NCBI RefSeq assembly: GCF_010672085.1
Contig: NZ_JAAHHT010000051.1
Location: 934-33,165 of the forward strand
Reading direction: 5' to 3'
Length of the DNA stretch: 32,232 nt
DNA from: Okeania sp. SIO3I5
GTDB lineage: Bacteria > Cyanobacteriota > Cyanobacteriia > Cyanobacteriales > Microcoleaceae
The notes under the pieces were generated by a model. The model had not been told where the DNA came from, did not search any database, and worked only from the letters and a program-made list of their open reading frames with translations. Numbering within the stretch: the stretch's first letter is position 1; every line of letters begins with the position of its first letter. Of the stretch, positions 27,185 to 32,232 are shown piece by piece. The position numbers and the translations under genes were made by a program.

Positions 27185-28567
27185 ATGATGCCTGAAACTG
27201 TAATTTCACTACAAAATGTTTCTAAATGTTTTAAACGGTATCGACATCCCGTAGACCGTTTAAAAGAAATTTTACTCCCAGGAAAAAGTCGTGCAGATGA
27301 ATTCTGGGCAGTACAAAATATAAATATAGAAATAGAAAAAGGGCATACTTTAGGAATTGTAGGGCGGAATGGTTCGGGAAAAAGTACCCTTTTACAAATA
27401 ATTGTAGGCACTCTAACACCAACAGCAGGAAAAGTAAAAGTTAAAGGTAGAATTTCTGCACTACTAGAGCTGGGAAGTGGATTTAATCCAGAATTTACAG
27501 GGAGACAAAACGTTTTTTTTAACGGTCAATTATTAGGATTAAAAACATCAGAAATAGAAGCAAAATTTGACAAAATTGCTAGTTTTGCCGATATTGGTGA
27601 TTTTATTGACCAACCTGTAAAAACTTATTCTAGTGGAATGTTTGTTAGGTTAGGATTTGCTGTAGCTACCAGTGTAGATCCAGATATTTTAGTGGTTGAT
27701 GAAGCACTTTCAGTAGGAGATGAAGCATTTCAAAGAAAATGTTTTGCTCGTATTCAAGACATTCAAGAAAGGGGAGGTACAATTTTATTTGTTTCTCATG
27801 CTGCTTCAACGGTAGTTCAACTTTGTGATTCTGCAATTTTGATGGATCATGGTGAAATGTTACTTTATCATACTCCTAAATATGTGGTTTCTAAATATCA
27901 GAAATTAATTTATGCTTTCCCTGATAAAATTCCCTCAATAAGAGAGGAAATTCGCCAAATTCCTAATTTAACTATTCAGGATTTATTTGATGATGAGGAG
28001 ACAGATGAATCAACATCTCAATCTCAACAAAATAGTGAGAATAAAAGTCAAGATCGGATTGCAGAATCAACAGAATATGAAGAAATTTATGACCCAGAAA
28101 TGATACCTTCAAATACCGTACATTATCCTAATAAGGGAGCAGAAATTATTGACCCCCATATTATTACTTTGGATGGTAAAAGGGTAAATCATTTAATTAG
28201 TCGCCGGGAATATTACTATACATACAAAGTAAAGTTTATTAATTCCACATCTAAGGTTAGATTTGGAATGTTGATCAAAACTCTGAGTGGTTTTGACTTG
28301 GGTGGAGCGTCTTTACATGGTTCGACTAAATCGGTAGAATATATTGCAGCACAACAAATAGTTATAGTTAAATTTAAGTTCAAATGTTTACTAAATCCTG
28401 GTGTATATTTTTTAAATGCTGGAGTTGTGGGAATGGCAGACGATCATCTGACGTATTTATCCCGTTGTATTGACATTGCTATGTTTAGAGTGCAACATTA
28501 TAGTGATTCATGCGGCACAGGTGTCGTTGACTTTTTAATAGATCCATTATTAATAATTAATAATTAA
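27185..28567 (+). CDS. wzt: Polysaccharide ABC exporter ATP-binding protein with C-terminal carbohydrate-binding extension (Wzt-like), 460 aa
   Basis: The nucleotide-binding domain shows 'GIVGRNGSGKSTLLQII' (Walker A), 'YSSGMFVRLGFAVA' (signature) and 'ILVVDEALSVGDEAFQRKC' (Walker B). A ~200-aa C-terminal extension (from about residue 250) is of the size and position of Wzt C-terminal glycan-terminus-binding domains. Confidence 0.8.
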   Translation: MMPETVISLQNVSKCFKRYRHPVDRLKEILLPGKSRADEFWAVQNINIEIEKGHTLGIVGRNGSGKSTLLQIIVGTLTPTAGKVKVKGRISALLELGSGFNPEFTGRQNVFFNGQLLGLKTSEIEAKFDKIASFADIGDFIDQPVKTYSSGMFVRLGFAVATSVDPDILVVDEALSVGDEAFQRKCFARIQDIQERGGTILFVSHAASTVVQLCDSAILMDHGEMLLYHTPKYVVSKYQKLIYAFPDKIPSIREEIRQIPNLTIQDLFDDEETDESTSQSQQNSENKSQDRIAESTEYEEIYDPEMIPSNTVHYPNKGAEIIDPHIITLDGKRVNHLISRREYYYTYKVKFINSTSKVRFGMLIKTLSGFDLGGASLHGSTKSVEYIAAQQIVIVKFKFKCLLNPGVYFLNAGVVGMADDHLTYLSRCIDIAMFRVQHYSDSCGTGVVDFLIDPLLIINN

Positions 28568-28779
28568 TAATGGATAATTAATAATGGATAATTAATAATG
28601 AAAACTATCTCTAATTATCAATTATTAATTACCTCTAGTTCAAACCATTGGATTGAATCAAGTAGGGAAATATTATTTTTTTTCTCCTTTTCCTCTTTCG
28701 ATCTAATAGCTAATAGCTGAGTGCTTTGATGAAACTATTACCGGAATAATTAATAATTAAAAAATTAAATAATTAGATA

Positions 28780-29040
28780 ATTCATGTTGAAAGCTTCCCC
28801 AATAAAGGGGCAAAAAGCGGTTGAGGGATGGATAGGTGACCTAAGCATATCCAATCAACCAAGAGAGCGGTTGTTTGCGGAGCAGTCCGTAGGATGGGAT
28901 GGATAGGTGACCTAAGCATATCCAATCAACCAAGAGAAATAAATCTTTTCCTTTTAGTCAATCCTCTTCCTTTTAGTCAATCCTCTCCCTAAAAGGGAGA
29001 GGTAATTATCAATTATCCATTATCAATTATCCATTAATGA
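28780..29040 (-). repeat. Long-variant ACCTCTCC-hairpin MITE-like element with an internal ~60-bp tandem duplication, ending in an (AATTATC/CATTATC) array at the start of the methyltransferase gene
   Basis: 'ggatggataggtgacctaagcatatccaatcaaccaagaga' occurs twice. The right end reads 'ttagtcaatcctctccctaaaagggagaggtaattatcaattatccattatcaattatccatta'. Confidence 0.5.
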
Positions 29041-29062
29041 ACTATTCCCTAAAGAAACAAAT

Positions 29063-32232
<3,170 letters not shown>

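Overview
This is an AT-rich segment that is almost certainly cyanobacterial. The HIP1 octamer GCGATCGC recurs throughout, including inside genes, and short heptamer tandem repeats of the STRR type are everywhere. The coding content looks chromosomal but every intergenic spacer is filled with miniature inverted-repeat (MITE-like) elements and tandem repeats.

Credible genes, in window order:
- a large transglutaminase-core/DUF2126 protein
- an AAA_21-type ABC ATPase tightly coupled to a small downstream gene that appears to be split by a MITE cluster (an AbiL/PARIS/OLD-like defence-module architecture)
- a Ser/Thr kinase fused to a transmembrane segment and WD40 repeats
- a full-length homologue of the eukaryotic major vault protein (MVP)
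- a small TMEM14-like membrane protein
- a DUF815-like P-loop ATPase
- a TerB-like protein
- a hotdog-fold thioesterase (DHNA-CoA-hydrolase-like)
- ruvB
- a hypothetical protein
- a polysaccharide ABC exporter pair (Wzm-like permease, Wzt-like ATPase with C-terminal carbohydrate-binding extension)
- a long 3'-partial ORF, absent from the supplied ORF track, encoding two class-I SAM methyltransferase domains joined by a heptamer-repeat linker and followed by more than 1 kb of in-frame 69-bp tandem repeats.

The non-coding structure comprises at least three MITE-like families. One of them is caught with perfect 8-bp target-site duplications, inserted into a paralogous tandem repeat whose empty site can be reconstructed from the neighbouring copy. 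There are also two diverged ~280-bp tandem arrays, and heptamer arrays abut many start and stop codons. No rRNA, tRNA or CRISPR array was recognised.
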